Origin: Negativicutes bacterium
GTDB taxonomy: Bacteria > Bacillota > Negativicutes > UBA1444
Direction: 5' to 3'
Length of the DNA stretch: 64,000 nt
Assembly: GCA_963665275.2 (NCBI GenBank)
Contig: CAXXIN010000005.1
Location: 1 to 64,000 of the forward strand
Shown: in pieces, positions 40,162-50,286 of the stretch
How positions within the stretch are numbered: position 1 is the stretch's first letter
How the letters are laid out: each line of letters begins with the position of its first letter
Notes under the pieces: generated by a model
Seen by the model: the letters and a program-made list of their open reading frames with translations, nothing else
The model's database searches: none
Told to the model about the DNA's origin: nothing
Program-made: the position numbers and the translations under genes

Positions 40162-42129
40162 GTGATGATTCAGGAAAACGACGTGCGGTTCCTGCGATTG
40201 TTGGCGGAACAGTACCCTTCGATGCAGTCCGCCTCCAATGCGATTATCAAATTGTCAGCCCAACTTCAGCTACCCAAGGGAACGGAACATTTTCTGTCCG
40301 ATGTGCATGGAGAGCATGAGGCTTTTTCCCACGTCATCCGGAATGGAGCAGGCTCGATCTGGCGCAAGATCGACGAAATGTTCGCCAATAGTCTGTCCCG
40401 GCGGGAGCAGCGGGATTTGGCAACCTTGATTTATTATCCGGAAGAAAGATCGATATTGATGCTGCAGTCCGTCCGAGAGCCGGAGGAATGGAGCCGGCTC
40501 ACGTTGATACGACTCATCCGGCTTTGCCGAATACTCACCTCGAAATATCGACGTGAAACGATCAGAAGGTTTTTGCCCGAACAGGTGGCGCCGATCATCG
40601 AAGAACTACTGGATGAGCAGGAAACGATCGAAAACAAGGCGACCTATTATCAAGGTTTGATTGATGGGATCATTTCAACTGGCAGCGCCAGGACATTTAT
40701 CATTCACCTGGCTGAACTCATACAAAGGCTCGCGATATCCCGGCTGCATGTGATCGGTGACATTTATGACCGTGGACCGGGTGCGCATATTATCTTGGAT
40801 GCATTGATGGACTACCATCAGGTGGACATCCAGTGGGGGAACCACGACATCTTGTGGATGGGGGCCGCAGCCGGCAGTGAAGCCTGTATCGCCAATGTCA
40901 TCCGAACCTGCCTGCGCTACGGGAATATGGAAACGCTGGAGAATGGTTATGGTGTAAGTTTGTTGCCATTGGCTTCGTTTGCCATTGAGACGTATAAAGA
41001 TGATCCCTGTGAATTATTCATCCCCAAAGTCCCTGCCGATGATGGGTTCACCAGTCAGGAAATCCGCATGATGGCACAGATGCAAAAAGCCATGGCAATG
41101 ATTCAGTTTAAGCTTGAATCCCAATTGATCAAGCGCCGGCCCCATTATCAGATGACAGACCGCCTGTTGTTGGATCGGGTTGACTTCGAACGGGGCACAG
41201 TCACTGTGGATCATATATCCTATCCATTGTTGGATATGAATTTCCCGACCATCGACCCGGCGCAGCCAGACCTCCTCACTGCCGCTGAGGAAATGGTGGT
41301 GGCAAAGTTGCGACTTGCTTTTACCAATAGTAAAAAGCTGCAACAGCATGTCCGGTTCCTGTTTTCCAAAGGCAGCATCTATTTGATCCACGATGGCAAT
41401 CTGCTCTATCATGGGTGTATCGCCATGGCGGAGGATGGGTCATTCCGTTCGTTCAATGTCGACGGACAGAGTTTTGCAGGGAAGCCTTTTCTGGATCGGG
41501 TTGACCGACTGGCTCGTCAGGGCTACTATGCAGCGGACAATACACCGCAGAAACAGTATGGCATGGATGCCATGTGGTTCATGTGGTGCGCGCCGCAGTC
41601 CCCCTTATTCGGCAAAGAGAAAATGGCGACCTTCGAGCGCTATTTTATCGCCGATCCCCTTACCCACAAAGAAAAACGCAATGCCTATTATGCCCTGAGA
41701 GACGATGAGGAGACCGCCTGCAAGATTCTCGTGGAATTCGGCTTGAATTGCGCAACCGGACATATCATCAACGGCCATGTACCGGTAAAAGTTGTGAAAG
41801 GGGAAAAACCTGTCAAGGCCAATGGGAAGCTGATCGTCATCGATGGCGGTTTCTCGCGGGCTTATCAAAAAGAAACCGGCATTGCGGGATATACCCTGAT
41901 CTCCAATTCGCGCGGCTGGTTGTTGTCCGCACACCATCCCTTCGAGTCGACGCAGAAGGCGGTGTCTGAAGGAATCGACACCGAGTCGGAAACGGAAATT
42001 ATCGAAAGTCATCCCGAACGGATGCGCATCAGGCATACTGACCAAGGCCGGGAAATCCAGCAAGAGATTGACCAGTTGACTGATCTGCTTGAGGCCTATC
42101 GGGAAGGGCAGATTAAAGAGCATCAATGA
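40162..42129 (+). CDS. fbp: Fructose-1,6-bisphosphatase class III
   Basis: LPKGTEHFLSDVHGE, GDIYDRGP, QWGNHD, INGHVPV, IDGGFSRAY. Confidence 0.95.
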   Translation: MMIQENDVRFLRLLAEQYPSMQSASNAIIKLSAQLQLPKGTEHFLSDVHGEHEAFSHVIRNGAGSIWRKIDEMFANSLSRREQRDLATLIYYPEERSILMLQSVREPEEWSRLTLIRLIRLCRILTSKYRRETIRRFLPEQVAPIIEELLDEQETIENKATYYQGLIDGIISTGSARTFIIHLAELIQRLAISRLHVIGDIYDRGPGAHIILDALMDYHQVDIQWGNHDILWMGAAAGSEACIANVIRTCLRYGNMETLENGYGVSLLPLASFAIETYKDDPCELFIPKVPADDGFTSQEIRMMAQMQKAMAMIQFKLESQLIKRRPHYQMTDRLLLDRVDFERGTVTVDHISYPLLDMNFPTIDPAQPDLLTAAEEMVVAKLRLAFTNSKKLQQHVRFLFSKGSIYLIHDGNLLYHGCIAMAEDGSFRSFNVDGQSFAGKPFLDRVDRLARQGYYAADNTPQKQYGMDAMWFMWCAPQSPLFGKEKMATFERYFIADPLTHKEKRNAYYALRDDEETACKILVEFGLNCATGHIINGHVPVKVVKGEKPVKANGKLIVIDGGFSRAYQKETGIAGYTLISNSRGWLLSAHHPFESTQKAVSEGIDTESETEIIESHPERMRIRHTDQGREIQQEIDQLTDLLEAYREGQIKEHQ

Positions 42130-42152
42130 GGAGAAAGCCCCGACTGAAAGTA

Positions 42153-42189
42153 AAAAAATCCTGCAGGACCGCTTCCTGCAGGATTTTTT
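42153..42189. terminator. Bidirectional terminator
   Basis: aaaaaatcctgcagga ccgct tcctgcaggatttttt. Confidence 0.8.
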
Positions 42190-42214
42190 ACTTTCCGGAA
42201 CATACGAATAGTTT

Positions 42215-43126
42215 TTACAGGTAGGCCGTCAGATCTTTCACATAGGACCGGATATTGTCGACGGATTTGGCAAACAATCGATCTTCGTCGGCGGAGAGCG
42301 GCAGATCGACAACTTGTTTTGCGCCCGCTCGGTTAACGATAGTCGGCACACTGACGCAGACACCCAGTTCTTCCTGATAGGTACATACAGGCAGGACGGC
42401 GTTGCTGTCGCGAACCAGCGCTTCAAGCACTGCACAGGCAGATACGGCCGGGGCAAAAACAGTGCCGCCTTTGAGCGCAATCACCTGCCCGGAGGCCGCA
42501 ATGACCTCGCTGACCACGGAATCCAGCGCTTCGGGGCTGTACCCGGGCCATTGGTCCAAGGGAATGCCGCGTACCCTGATTCCTGTTTTTATTGGCACCA
42601 TCGTTTCACCATGTTCGCCAATAACATAAGCGTCGATATCCCGGGCATCGGCACCGAAATCGCGTGCGAGCGAAGAACGGTAACGGCTGGTGTCCAGAAC
42701 GGTCCCCATGCCGATAACCCGTTCGCGCGGCAGGCCGGAGGCCTTGAAGGCCAGTTGGGTCATCACATCCAGTGGGTTGGTGATCATGAATAGAATGCAA
42801 TTCGGGCTGAAGCGAACTACTTGTTTCACGATATCGCCGATTAGCGCGGCGTTGCGGGAGAGCAGCAGAACGCGGGGTTCATCTGCTTTGCGAGGGATTC
42901 CGGCGGTGACCACAACAATGTCCGAACCGGCGGTGTCGGCCAAATCCCCTTGGCGGACGCTGGCCTGCGGCGCAAAAGCACGACATTGCAGGACATCCAG
43001 GGCTTCGCCTTTAGCCTTGTCGCAGCTGGCATCGACCAGTACGATGTCATCCGTCAAGCTTTTGAGCAATGCTGTATAAGCGACGGTCGAACCGACCTTG
43101 CCGCAACCGACTACTGAAATTTTCAT
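42215..43126 (-). CDS. LDH/MDH family dehydrogenase, probably malate dehydrogenase
   Basis: GCGKVG, TAGIPRK (Arg at the specificity position), TNPLD, LDTSR, GEHG. Confidence 0.8.
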   Translation of the reverse strand: MKISVVGCGKVGSTVAYTALLKSLTDDIVLVDASCDKAKGEALDVLQCRAFAPQASVRQGDLADTAGSDIVVVTAGIPRKADEPRVLLLSRNAALIGDIVKQVVRFSPNCILFMITNPLDVMTQLAFKASGLPRERVIGMGTVLDTSRYRSSLARDFGADARDIDAYVIGEHGETMVPIKTGIRVRGIPLDQWPGYSPEALDSVVSEVIAASGQVIALKGGTVFAPAVSACAVLEALVRDSNAVLPVCTYQEELGVCVSVPTIVNRAGAKQVVDLPLSADEDRLFAKSVDNIRSYVKDLTAYL

Positions 43127-43384
43127 TGAAAATACATCTCCTCTATAATGATTCAAGTGGGTTCAAGATGGTGAGTACAGTTGGAACTGAAAATATCATA
43201 TTTATAATTCTTTACAAATGAAGGATTATCCTGCAACCCTGTTGGTTGTTTTGTTCACTGAAGGAATGGTACTAAAAAGGGATTTGTTCAAATATAAAGA
43301 ATAATACAAAAAAGGAATTGTTTGTCATTGGGAAGCCTCTGAACCTTTAACAATGTATTTTTCACGTCAGGAGTGCGGCGCATT

Positions 43385-46300
43385 GTGAAAAAAAGACTGA
43401 CAAATAAGATGTTCCGTTGGATTCTTATCAGTACTTTATTGGCGTTTATCATGTTAAACATGGCAAACTATTATTTTGCGTCAAAGTCCTATTTTGATCG
43501 AATCGCCAAAGAAAATCTAATTCACACAAGAAATGTGGCTCTCAGTGTGTCGTCTTTTTACGAAACGGTATATCGGGTAGTCGGGGAAATGGCGCAGGCC
43601 CAGGAAATTAAAAGCATGGATTCTGCGCAGCAGCAACCTTTTGTTAATGAGCGATTTTCACAGTATGGTTTTTTTGATAATCTAGTTATTCAAAGAGTTC
43701 CGGATGGCGAACAGACTGCACGGGTGCGAGGGGAAAAAGCAATCCGCCCTGACCGGTGGTGGTTCAGTAAAGTTGTGGATGAGAAGCGCCCCTATGTCAG
43801 CCCCTCTTTTTATTCTTTTGGATACGACAAAAACATGCCTACCACCGCGACAGGTGTTTTTTTTCCGGTGATGCGGGGCGATACGCTCGTCGGAGCAATG
43901 GCGGCATTTTTGCGGGTGGAAGAAATCCAGAACCGGGTCGGCCGACATTATCTTGGCGATGACCGATACACGTATATTCTGGATGAAGAAGGCGTTGTGG
44001 TTGCGCATCCGGAGTGGGAAAAAGTTAAGGCGCATCATAATTTAAAAAATGGTCAGAAAGCTCGGGTAGCTCGAAATTTCAAAGGGGATACGCTGCTGAA
44101 CGGACAGGATTACCTGTTGGACTACGAAGCGATAGCGGTGGCGCCGGGGCTGCAGCAAATCGTCGCGAGGGTGTTGACCGGCGAATCCGGCGCAACGGAA
44201 TATACGGATCTCGACGGGAAGGTAATGTTCTGCAGTTACGTTCCGCTTATCATGCCCGGCTATGGTGCGTCGTGGGCCGCTATAACCGTTCAGGATAAAA
44301 ACCTGGCCTTGGCTCCAATGCAGCAGGCGGCGGGCAGAAATGCAGCACTGTCATTTATTGTGATGGCTGGGTTGGCCGCTATGATAATTCGACAAAGCCG
44401 GGAGATCGAAAAAAACTCCTTGCAACTATCAGAAACCAATATAGTCCTGGAAAAAGAAGTATGCGAACGGACCCGGGCGGAAGAGGACCTGCGGATAGTC
44501 AACGAAGAACTAACAGCCATGAACGAAGAAATGGTTGCAGTTACGGATGAGTTGCAACATACAAATCAAAAGATGCTGCTGGAGATCGCCGAGAAGCAGA
44601 CCGCAGAAATGCAGTTGCATCTGCGTGAGCGGCAGTATCGGGCCATGACTCGTTTAATTGTCGACAACAACGCTGAATTTGACGTCCAGATGCAAAGCAT
44701 GTTGGAAAGCGCCCTGGGTTTGGCTGATGCGGCTGACGGGTACATAACTCTCATTGAGGACGGACAGGCTGTCATTCGGTATGTGCGCGGCAATCGGGAT
44801 GTCTTGCTTGGTACAATATTGTCGATGGATTATGGGCTGTTTCCCTCATTGCTGGCGACAGGCGAGCTTCAATATATGGAAGATTATCAGAACTTTCCGG
44901 GGCGCCGTCGTGGAGTTCTATGGGAGAATCAAAGCACCGCTGTCATGTTTCCGTTGAAGCGGGAAGAACAGGTTGTGGGCGGATTGGCGATAACCTGGAA
45001 AGATGACATTCACCCCCTGCTAACCGATGAAATCGAAATGCTGCAACAATTCGCAGACCTAGCCTCGCTGGCGCTGCAGGGTGGAAAATTGCGGGAGGCG
45101 ATCAAACAGGAACTGCTGCAGCGGGAGATGTTGCACCAAAAGATCAGCCATATGGCCTTCCATGATAGTTTGACAGGCCTTCCGAACCGCGCCTGCCTGA
45201 CGGAACGTCTTCAAGTGGAACTGGAGGCGGTAGCACAAGGGGCATGTGGCGGGGTCATCTATTTCGTTGACCTGGATGATTTGAAGAGTATCAATGACAA
45301 TTTCGGTCATTCGGCCGGAGACCGCCTGATTATTGCGGCCGGTAAGAAAATACAAACCATCGCAGGTGAAAAGGCTTTTGTCGCGCGTCTGGGCGGTGAC
45401 GAATTTATCATTGTGCTGTCGGACTGCTTGGAAACGGCAGAGATTGCCGGTCTCGGGCATCGATTGATTGATGGACTTAACAGGGATTATCAGGTCATCA
45501 ATGAGACAACTCAGGTGTCTGCCAGCGTGGGAATTGCCCTTTTCCCGCAAGACGGGAACACGGTTGAAGAATTGATGAAAATGGCGGATAACGCCATGTA
45601 TGCGGCCAAATCCGCCGGCCGGAACTGCTGGCGATTCTTCGACCCAGCCATGCTGCGCGATTCCCAGGAAAAAATGCTGCTGACGAACAGTTTGCGCCGG
45701 GCTCTGGAAAGAAAAGAGCTTCAAGTGGTCTACCAACCGCAGGTGGATATGAAGAACGGCAGGGTTGTGGGTTTTGAGGCGCTTCTCAGGTGGGATAGTA
45801 AGGAGCACGGAGTCGTTTCTCCGGTTCGCTTCATTCCCTTAGCCGAACAACATCAGCTGATTATCCCCATAGGCAGGTGGGTAATGGAGCAAGCCTGCAC
45901 TTTCGCCAAGTGGCTTTCTCAGTCGGGATATCCTGAAGTGCGTGTTGCGGTAAACCTCTCGCCGAAGCAGCTGGCCGACGAGCATTTGATTGGCGACGTA
46001 GGTCGACTGATTGAAACAGCCGGTATTCTTTCAAGCCAACTGGAACTGGAAATCACGGAAAGCGCATTGTTGGCGTCAATCGAAGACAGCAGTCGAAAAT
46101 TGCATGAACTGGATGCTCTCGGTGTCCGGTTAGCGCTGGATGACTTTGGGACGGGGTATTCGTCGTTAACTTATTTGCGCCTGTTCCCGGTCGAGACGTT
46201 GAAAATTGATAAGTCATTCATTGACAATATTCCGGAGCGAGAGACCGTACTAGTTCAATCAATCATCCATTTTGCCCAGAGTCTGAACATGAATGTCGTA

Positions 46301-46447
46301 GCCGAGGGAGTGGAGCGTCAGGAACAGTGGGATTTCTTGAATGAATGCGGCTGCGATTTGGTGCAGGGATATTTCATGAGCCGACCAGTGCCGGAAGAAT
46401 CTGCGGTTCAGTTTTTGCTGGAAAGAAACGGCCGGAGCGATGCATAG
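43385..46447 (+). CDS. Membrane Cache-GAF-GGDEF-EAL c-di-GMP enzyme
   Basis: Two TM helices with Cache region, coiled coil, GAF, HDSLTGLPNR, RLGGDEF, FEALLRW, DDFGTGYSSL, LKIDKSF. Confidence 0.92.
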   Translation: MKKRLTNKMFRWILISTLLAFIMLNMANYYFASKSYFDRIAKENLIHTRNVALSVSSFYETVYRVVGEMAQAQEIKSMDSAQQQPFVNERFSQYGFFDNLVIQRVPDGEQTARVRGEKAIRPDRWWFSKVVDEKRPYVSPSFYSFGYDKNMPTTATGVFFPVMRGDTLVGAMAAFLRVEEIQNRVGRHYLGDDRYTYILDEEGVVVAHPEWEKVKAHHNLKNGQKARVARNFKGDTLLNGQDYLLDYEAIAVAPGLQQIVARVLTGESGATEYTDLDGKVMFCSYVPLIMPGYGASWAAITVQDKNLALAPMQQAAGRNAALSFIVMAGLAAMIIRQSREIEKNSLQLSETNIVLEKEVCERTRAEEDLRIVNEELTAMNEEMVAVTDELQHTNQKMLLEIAEKQTAEMQLHLRERQYRAMTRLIVDNNAEFDVQMQSMLESALGLADAADGYITLIEDGQAVIRYVRGNRDVLLGTILSMDYGLFPSLLATGELQYMEDYQNFPGRRRGVLWENQSTAVMFPLKREEQVVGGLAITWKDDIHPLLTDEIEMLQQFADLASLALQGGKLREAIKQELLQREMLHQKISHMAFHDSLTGLPNRACLTERLQVELEAVAQGACGGVIYFVDLDDLKSINDNFGHSAGDRLIIAAGKKIQTIAGEKAFVARLGGDEFIIVLSDCLETAEIAGLGHRLIDGLNRDYQVINETTQVSASVGIALFPQDGNTVEELMKMADNAMYAAKSAGRNCWRFFDPAMLRDSQEKMLLTNSLRRALERKELQVVYQPQVDMKNGRVVGFEALLRWDSKEHGVVSPVRFIPLAEQHQLIIPIGRWVMEQACTFAKWLSQSGYPEVRVAVNLSPKQLADEHLIGDVGRLIETAGILSSQLELEITESALLASIEDSSRKLHELDALGVRLALDDFGTGYSSLTYLRLFPVETLKIDKSFIDNIPERETVLVQSIIHFAQSLNMNVVAEGVERQEQWDFLNECGCDLVQGYFMSRPVPEESAVQFLLERNGRSDA

Positions 46448-46499
46448 AAAAAGCCGGGACTGGAGACATGCGGGCGAAACCCATTGAGAAGGGGGCGCT

Positions 46500-47534
46500 G
46501 TGATGCAGAAAAAGTCAAGGATTGCAGGAACTTGGGCTAGCTGCATGATTGTTTTGATTGCAGTCGTGACAGGCTGCTCAAACGGAACTCCCGGCGGCTT
46601 GAGCCCTTCGCAGCGAGTGGTGTTGAAGTTGGGCACGGAAACAGCAATTAACACACCAGAAACCCGCGGTTCGCAGAAGTTGGCTGACTTGGTAAAGGAA
46701 AAATCAAAAGGGACGCTGATGATTGAAGTTTTCGAAGATGCGAAACTGGGCTCGATGAAAGAGCGGGCCGAAGGCATGCGTATGGGAACGATCGATATGG
46801 GAACTTCGTCAGTCGGCTTTTTGGCTTCATTTGTACCGGTTCTGGGTATTTTTGATTTGCCATATATTTATAAGGATAAGGCCCATGAATTGCGGGTATT
46901 CGATAGCGAGGTCGGGAAGGAAACCGACAAAAAAATGCAAGCTCAGGGCTTGCGTGTAATTTGTTATTTCGATGCAGGAACAAGACAGATCACCAATAAT
47001 CGCCAGCCTGTTCAAGCCCCGGCTGACCTTAGAGGCATTAGGATTCGCGTGCCGCAGACAGATGCCAGTATCGAAGGATTAAAGGCATTGGGAGCAATCC
47101 CGACGCCGATGGCATTCGGTGAAGTCTACTCTGCATTGAAGCAAAATGTGGTGGAAGGGCAGGAAAATCCAGTTTCACTGGTGCTTTATAATAAATTCTA
47201 TGAAGTGCAGAAATATCTCTCGTTGACAAATCATCAGTATTTTATTCAGGTGCTAACTATCAGCGAAAAAATTTGGCAAAAATTATCGCCGGAACATCAA
47301 ACAATTCTATTGGAGTCTGCGCAAGAAGCGCAGGGCTATCAACGAAGCCTCGAAGCTGCGGAAGAACAAGAACTGGTTAAAATTTTAAAAGATCGCGGCA
47401 TGCAGGTTAACGAAGTGAATAACGTGAGCGCGTTTGCCGAACTCACGTATCCATTGCGAAATTTCTACATAAAAAAACTGGGGCAGCCCGCCAAAGAACT
47501 GTTCGATAAAATCGACACCCTGCGCGACCAATAA
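46500..47534 (+). CDS. TRAP substrate-binding lipoprotein (DctP family) with no adjacent DctQ/DctM
   Basis: Lipobox VTGC, FDLPY, DLRGIRIRVP, PTPMAFGEVYSAL..VVEGQENP, FYEVQKY. Confidence 0.9.
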   Translation: MMQKKSRIAGTWASCMIVLIAVVTGCSNGTPGGLSPSQRVVLKLGTETAINTPETRGSQKLADLVKEKSKGTLMIEVFEDAKLGSMKERAEGMRMGTIDMGTSSVGFLASFVPVLGIFDLPYIYKDKAHELRVFDSEVGKETDKKMQAQGLRVICYFDAGTRQITNNRQPVQAPADLRGIRIRVPQTDASIEGLKALGAIPTPMAFGEVYSALKQNVVEGQENPVSLVLYNKFYEVQKYLSLTNHQYFIQVLTISEKIWQKLSPEHQTILLESAQEAQGYQRSLEAAEEQELVKILKDRGMQVNEVNNVSAFAELTYPLRNFYIKKLGQPAKELFDKIDTLRDQ

Positions 47535-47547
47535 GGCCGCTCAATTC

Positions 47548-48120
47548 TTACATTGCTGCCACATCTATGTCATATTCTATTTTTCGGGCAACCTTTTGCG
47601 CGACTTCGATGCCGAACAACTCCCGCAGCAGGTAAAAACCCAGTTCGATGCCGGAACTGACACCGCCGGCGGTGATGATGCCTTCCTGCGGAACCACCTT
47701 TTCAGACAGGACTGTTATATTGTAGGCGGCCAACTCTTCAAAGCACTCATGATAGGTTGTCGCTTGCTTGCCGGTCAGCAATCCGGCTTCCGCCAACAGG
47801 AACGCGCCGGTGCAGACAGAGGCGATGTAGCGGGCCTGAGGTGCTTGTTTTTGAATGAATTGAATGAGTGCAGCGTTCTTCATTGCAATTAATCTGCCCT
47901 TTCCGCCTGGAACAACCAAGATGTCAAGTTTTGGGCAGGTTTCCAGCGCTATATCCGGCAAGATCCTCATGCCGTTATATGCCCGTACTGTGTCGGTCGT
48001 TTCTGCAACCAACAGGACCCTCGTGCTGTCCGGGCGGATTTTGTTTATATAGCTCAGGACTTCAAACGGCCCCACAAAATCCAGCTCTTCGACATTCGGG
48101 AAAATCAGTATGCCGATCAT
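47548..48120 (-). CDS. DJ-1/PfpI family protein
   Basis: EELDFVGPFEV, VVPGG, SVCTGA, TAGGVSSGI; start ATG 48120. Confidence 0.88.
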   Translation of the reverse strand: MIGILIFPNVEELDFVGPFEVLSYINKIRPDSTRVLLVAETTDTVRAYNGMRILPDIALETCPKLDILVVPGGKGRLIAMKNAALIQFIQKQAPQARYIASVCTGAFLLAEAGLLTGKQATTYHECFEELAAYNITVLSEKVVPQEGIITAGGVSSGIELGFYLLRELFGIEVAQKVARKIEYDIDVAAM

Positions 48121-48270
48121 TAACACAACAATCACTCCTTGAGCAAATAATAGGTCCCCTTCAATAATAGCGCCAAACATTGAGTATGGCAACAGAAACG
48201 CATTTGTCCCTGCCGGAGGGTTGCGCAGAAAGTTGGCAGGGTAGGAGCCCGTTGAAGACACTTAGATGTT

Positions 48271-49701
48271 TTAGATTGAATCGGCAGCTTCTTCCGCGGC
48301 TACGGCCCCGGCGTCGATTTTAATCGGATTGGTATCGAGAATATGGACAATGAGGAAGATGCTGACGCATACCAGCCATTCCAGGTAAATCACATGCGGC
48401 AGTATACGAATGGCGGGAAATGTCTGCCAAAGCACCAGGGTCAACAGGCCGCCCGCGATGGTATAAAAAGCCGAATTCTTGCGGCAAAGTCCAGGTGCGA
48501 ACAGAGTGAACAGGACGACTACGCTGAAAGCAGCGGTCAGACTGAGCCCGACCATCAACGTCTGGATGATGCCGCTGACGGTCATGGCAAGCACCAACGT
48601 CAAAGCACCCAGTACGAGTACGGAACCTTTGGTTACCAATAGCAGTTTTTGTTCCGAAGTGTCAGGATTGATCATCCGTTTGTAGATATCCTGCGAAAAC
48701 AGTGTGGCCGAACTGAGCAGCAAATTACAGGCTGTAGAAATATCGGCGGCCCAGAGCGCGGCGAGGGTTATGCCTGACAGGACCGGATGCAGGGACATGA
48801 TCATCAACGGCAGGGCCATGGCGGCGCTCACATCGGGATGGTTTGCCTTGGCAATGATGCCCATCAGGGCGCAAACGAAACCGATCGGGAGCATCATGAT
48901 GCCGCCGATGACGAAGCCGCGCTGTGCGGTAGCAACGTCTCGGGCGCCAAGTGAGATCTGAATGATGCTTTGCAGGGAAAGATTCACTGTGACCAACACC
49001 AGGATCCAACCGATGATGCCAAAGGGACCCACTCCGTCGATCAGGCTGGTATAGGGAACCGATGGCGGCAACTTGGCGACGATCGCGTCCATGCCGCCGG
49101 CTTGCACGACGCTGACGATGGTGGCGGTCACAATGCCGACATAGATCAGAAGCACATTCAGTATGTTCGATAAACTGGCCGACCACATGCCTCCAATGAA
49201 GGTGATGCCGATAAAGACCACCGCACTGGTCAACATGCCACTGGAGAAACTGAAGATGTTGGGCAGCATGACATGTAGGATGGTGCCGCCGGCGATATAT
49301 TGCAAAGATGTAATGACGAGTTGGATGATGATCTGGCATACAACGCCGATCACCATTCCTTTTTTATCATAGAACCGTTCCAGCAGTTCGGGGATGGTGG
49401 AGATTCGTAGCTGCCGGTATTTTTTGGCGACTAACAGGCCCATGCAGATTGCTCCGATGCCCCACGCCGCAGTGTACCAACCGGCTGAAAGGCCCACTTT
49501 ATAGGCCTGCTCTGAGACTCCGATCGTTGACGCGCCGCCGATGGCCAGACCGACGATCGAGACGGTTACAAGGGTCGTCGTGAGTTTGCGACCAGCCAGG
49601 ACGTAATTCTCCACACCGCCTCGGGCGCGTTTTTCCGCCCAGAAACTGATTAGAAAGAGCACCGCGATGTAAATTAGAACGATTGCCAATGGAATGCTCA
49701 T
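48271..49701 (-). CDS. Sodium:solute symporter (SSS), probable amino acid (proline?) uptake
   Basis: YVLAGR, IGGASTIG, TIPELL..FY, WAADISTA; T-box upstream. Confidence 0.85.
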   Translation of the reverse strand: MSIPLAIVLIYIAVLFLISFWAEKRARGGVENYVLAGRKLTTTLVTVSIVGLAIGGASTIGVSEQAYKVGLSAGWYTAAWGIGAICMGLLVAKKYRQLRISTIPELLERFYDKKGMVIGVVCQIIIQLVITSLQYIAGGTILHVMLPNIFSFSSGMLTSAVVFIGITFIGGMWSASLSNILNVLLIYVGIVTATIVSVVQAGGMDAIVAKLPPSVPYTSLIDGVGPFGIIGWILVLVTVNLSLQSIIQISLGARDVATAQRGFVIGGIMMLPIGFVCALMGIIAKANHPDVSAAMALPLMIMSLHPVLSGITLAALWAADISTACNLLLSSATLFSQDIYKRMINPDTSEQKLLLVTKGSVLVLGALTLVLAMTVSGIIQTLMVGLSLTAAFSVVVLFTLFAPGLCRKNSAFYTIAGGLLTLVLWQTFPAIRILPHVIYLEWLVCVSIFLIVHILDTNPIKIDAGAVAAEEAADSI

Positions 49702-49719
49702 GATGGACCTCCTTCAATT

Positions 49720-50035
49720 TTTTTGCCTCCGGAATCCGATTTTGGGGCAAAAAAAATCATCCCCCGGAAAGGGACGATTTTATCGCGGTACCACCCAAAT
49801 AGATCAGCGTCAAGACATAAAAAAAGATACCGCACAGGGGCGAATTGTCGCGGTACCACCCTTTTAAGGACGCATGATCCTCTCAAAGCCATTAACGTCG
49901 GCATACGGCGCGGCCTACTATCAGTTCAGCCTGCTGTTCGGGAAGGAACTTCATCTTGCGTCTGCAACCGACTCGCACCACCCGTCGGCTCTCTGAATGT
50001 TTTCACAAGATTACTTTTTTCCGTCATCACATTTA
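49720..50035 (-). ncRNA. T-box riboswitch with one Stem I and two antiterminator/terminator modules
   Basis: Minus strand: GAUGA kink-turn, AGUA, CAGAGAG, GGUGCGA, specifier loop GAAGUUCCU; GGGUGGUACCGCGA at 49848-49861 and again at 49783-49796. Confidence 0.88.
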
Positions 50036-50057
50036 TTGATTTACAGTTCTTGATAGA

Positions 50058-50086
50058 ATTATGCAGGAATGAATAGGATTTGTCAA
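50058..50086 (-). promoter_or_regulatory. SigA promoter of the T-box leader
   Basis: TTGACA-N17-CATAAT. Confidence 0.7.
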
Positions 50087-50286
50087 CTGCAAACCCGAAA
50101 AATAAAGGATCAATGTTGAATGTTCCAAGGGCTGTTTTTTCAACCGATTGGTCAAACAATTAGAAGTTGATTCCCCTGCGGCCTTGACGGTCCGAACTTC
50201 AGGCGATAGAGTGTAGATAGCAAAGTCGTGAAAAACGCGGCTCCTGCGGCTAGTACCGGTGAAAGAAAAAACAGAAGGATCGTGAC

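Noticed and set aside
42215-43126. L-lactate dehydrogenase call
   Set aside because: The specificity loop is GIPRK (Arg), not the Gln of LDH, so it is left as MDH-like.
49783-49861. 14-bp direct repeat as mini-CRISPR or att site
   Set aside because: It is the T-box consensus; there is no cas or integrase gene nearby.
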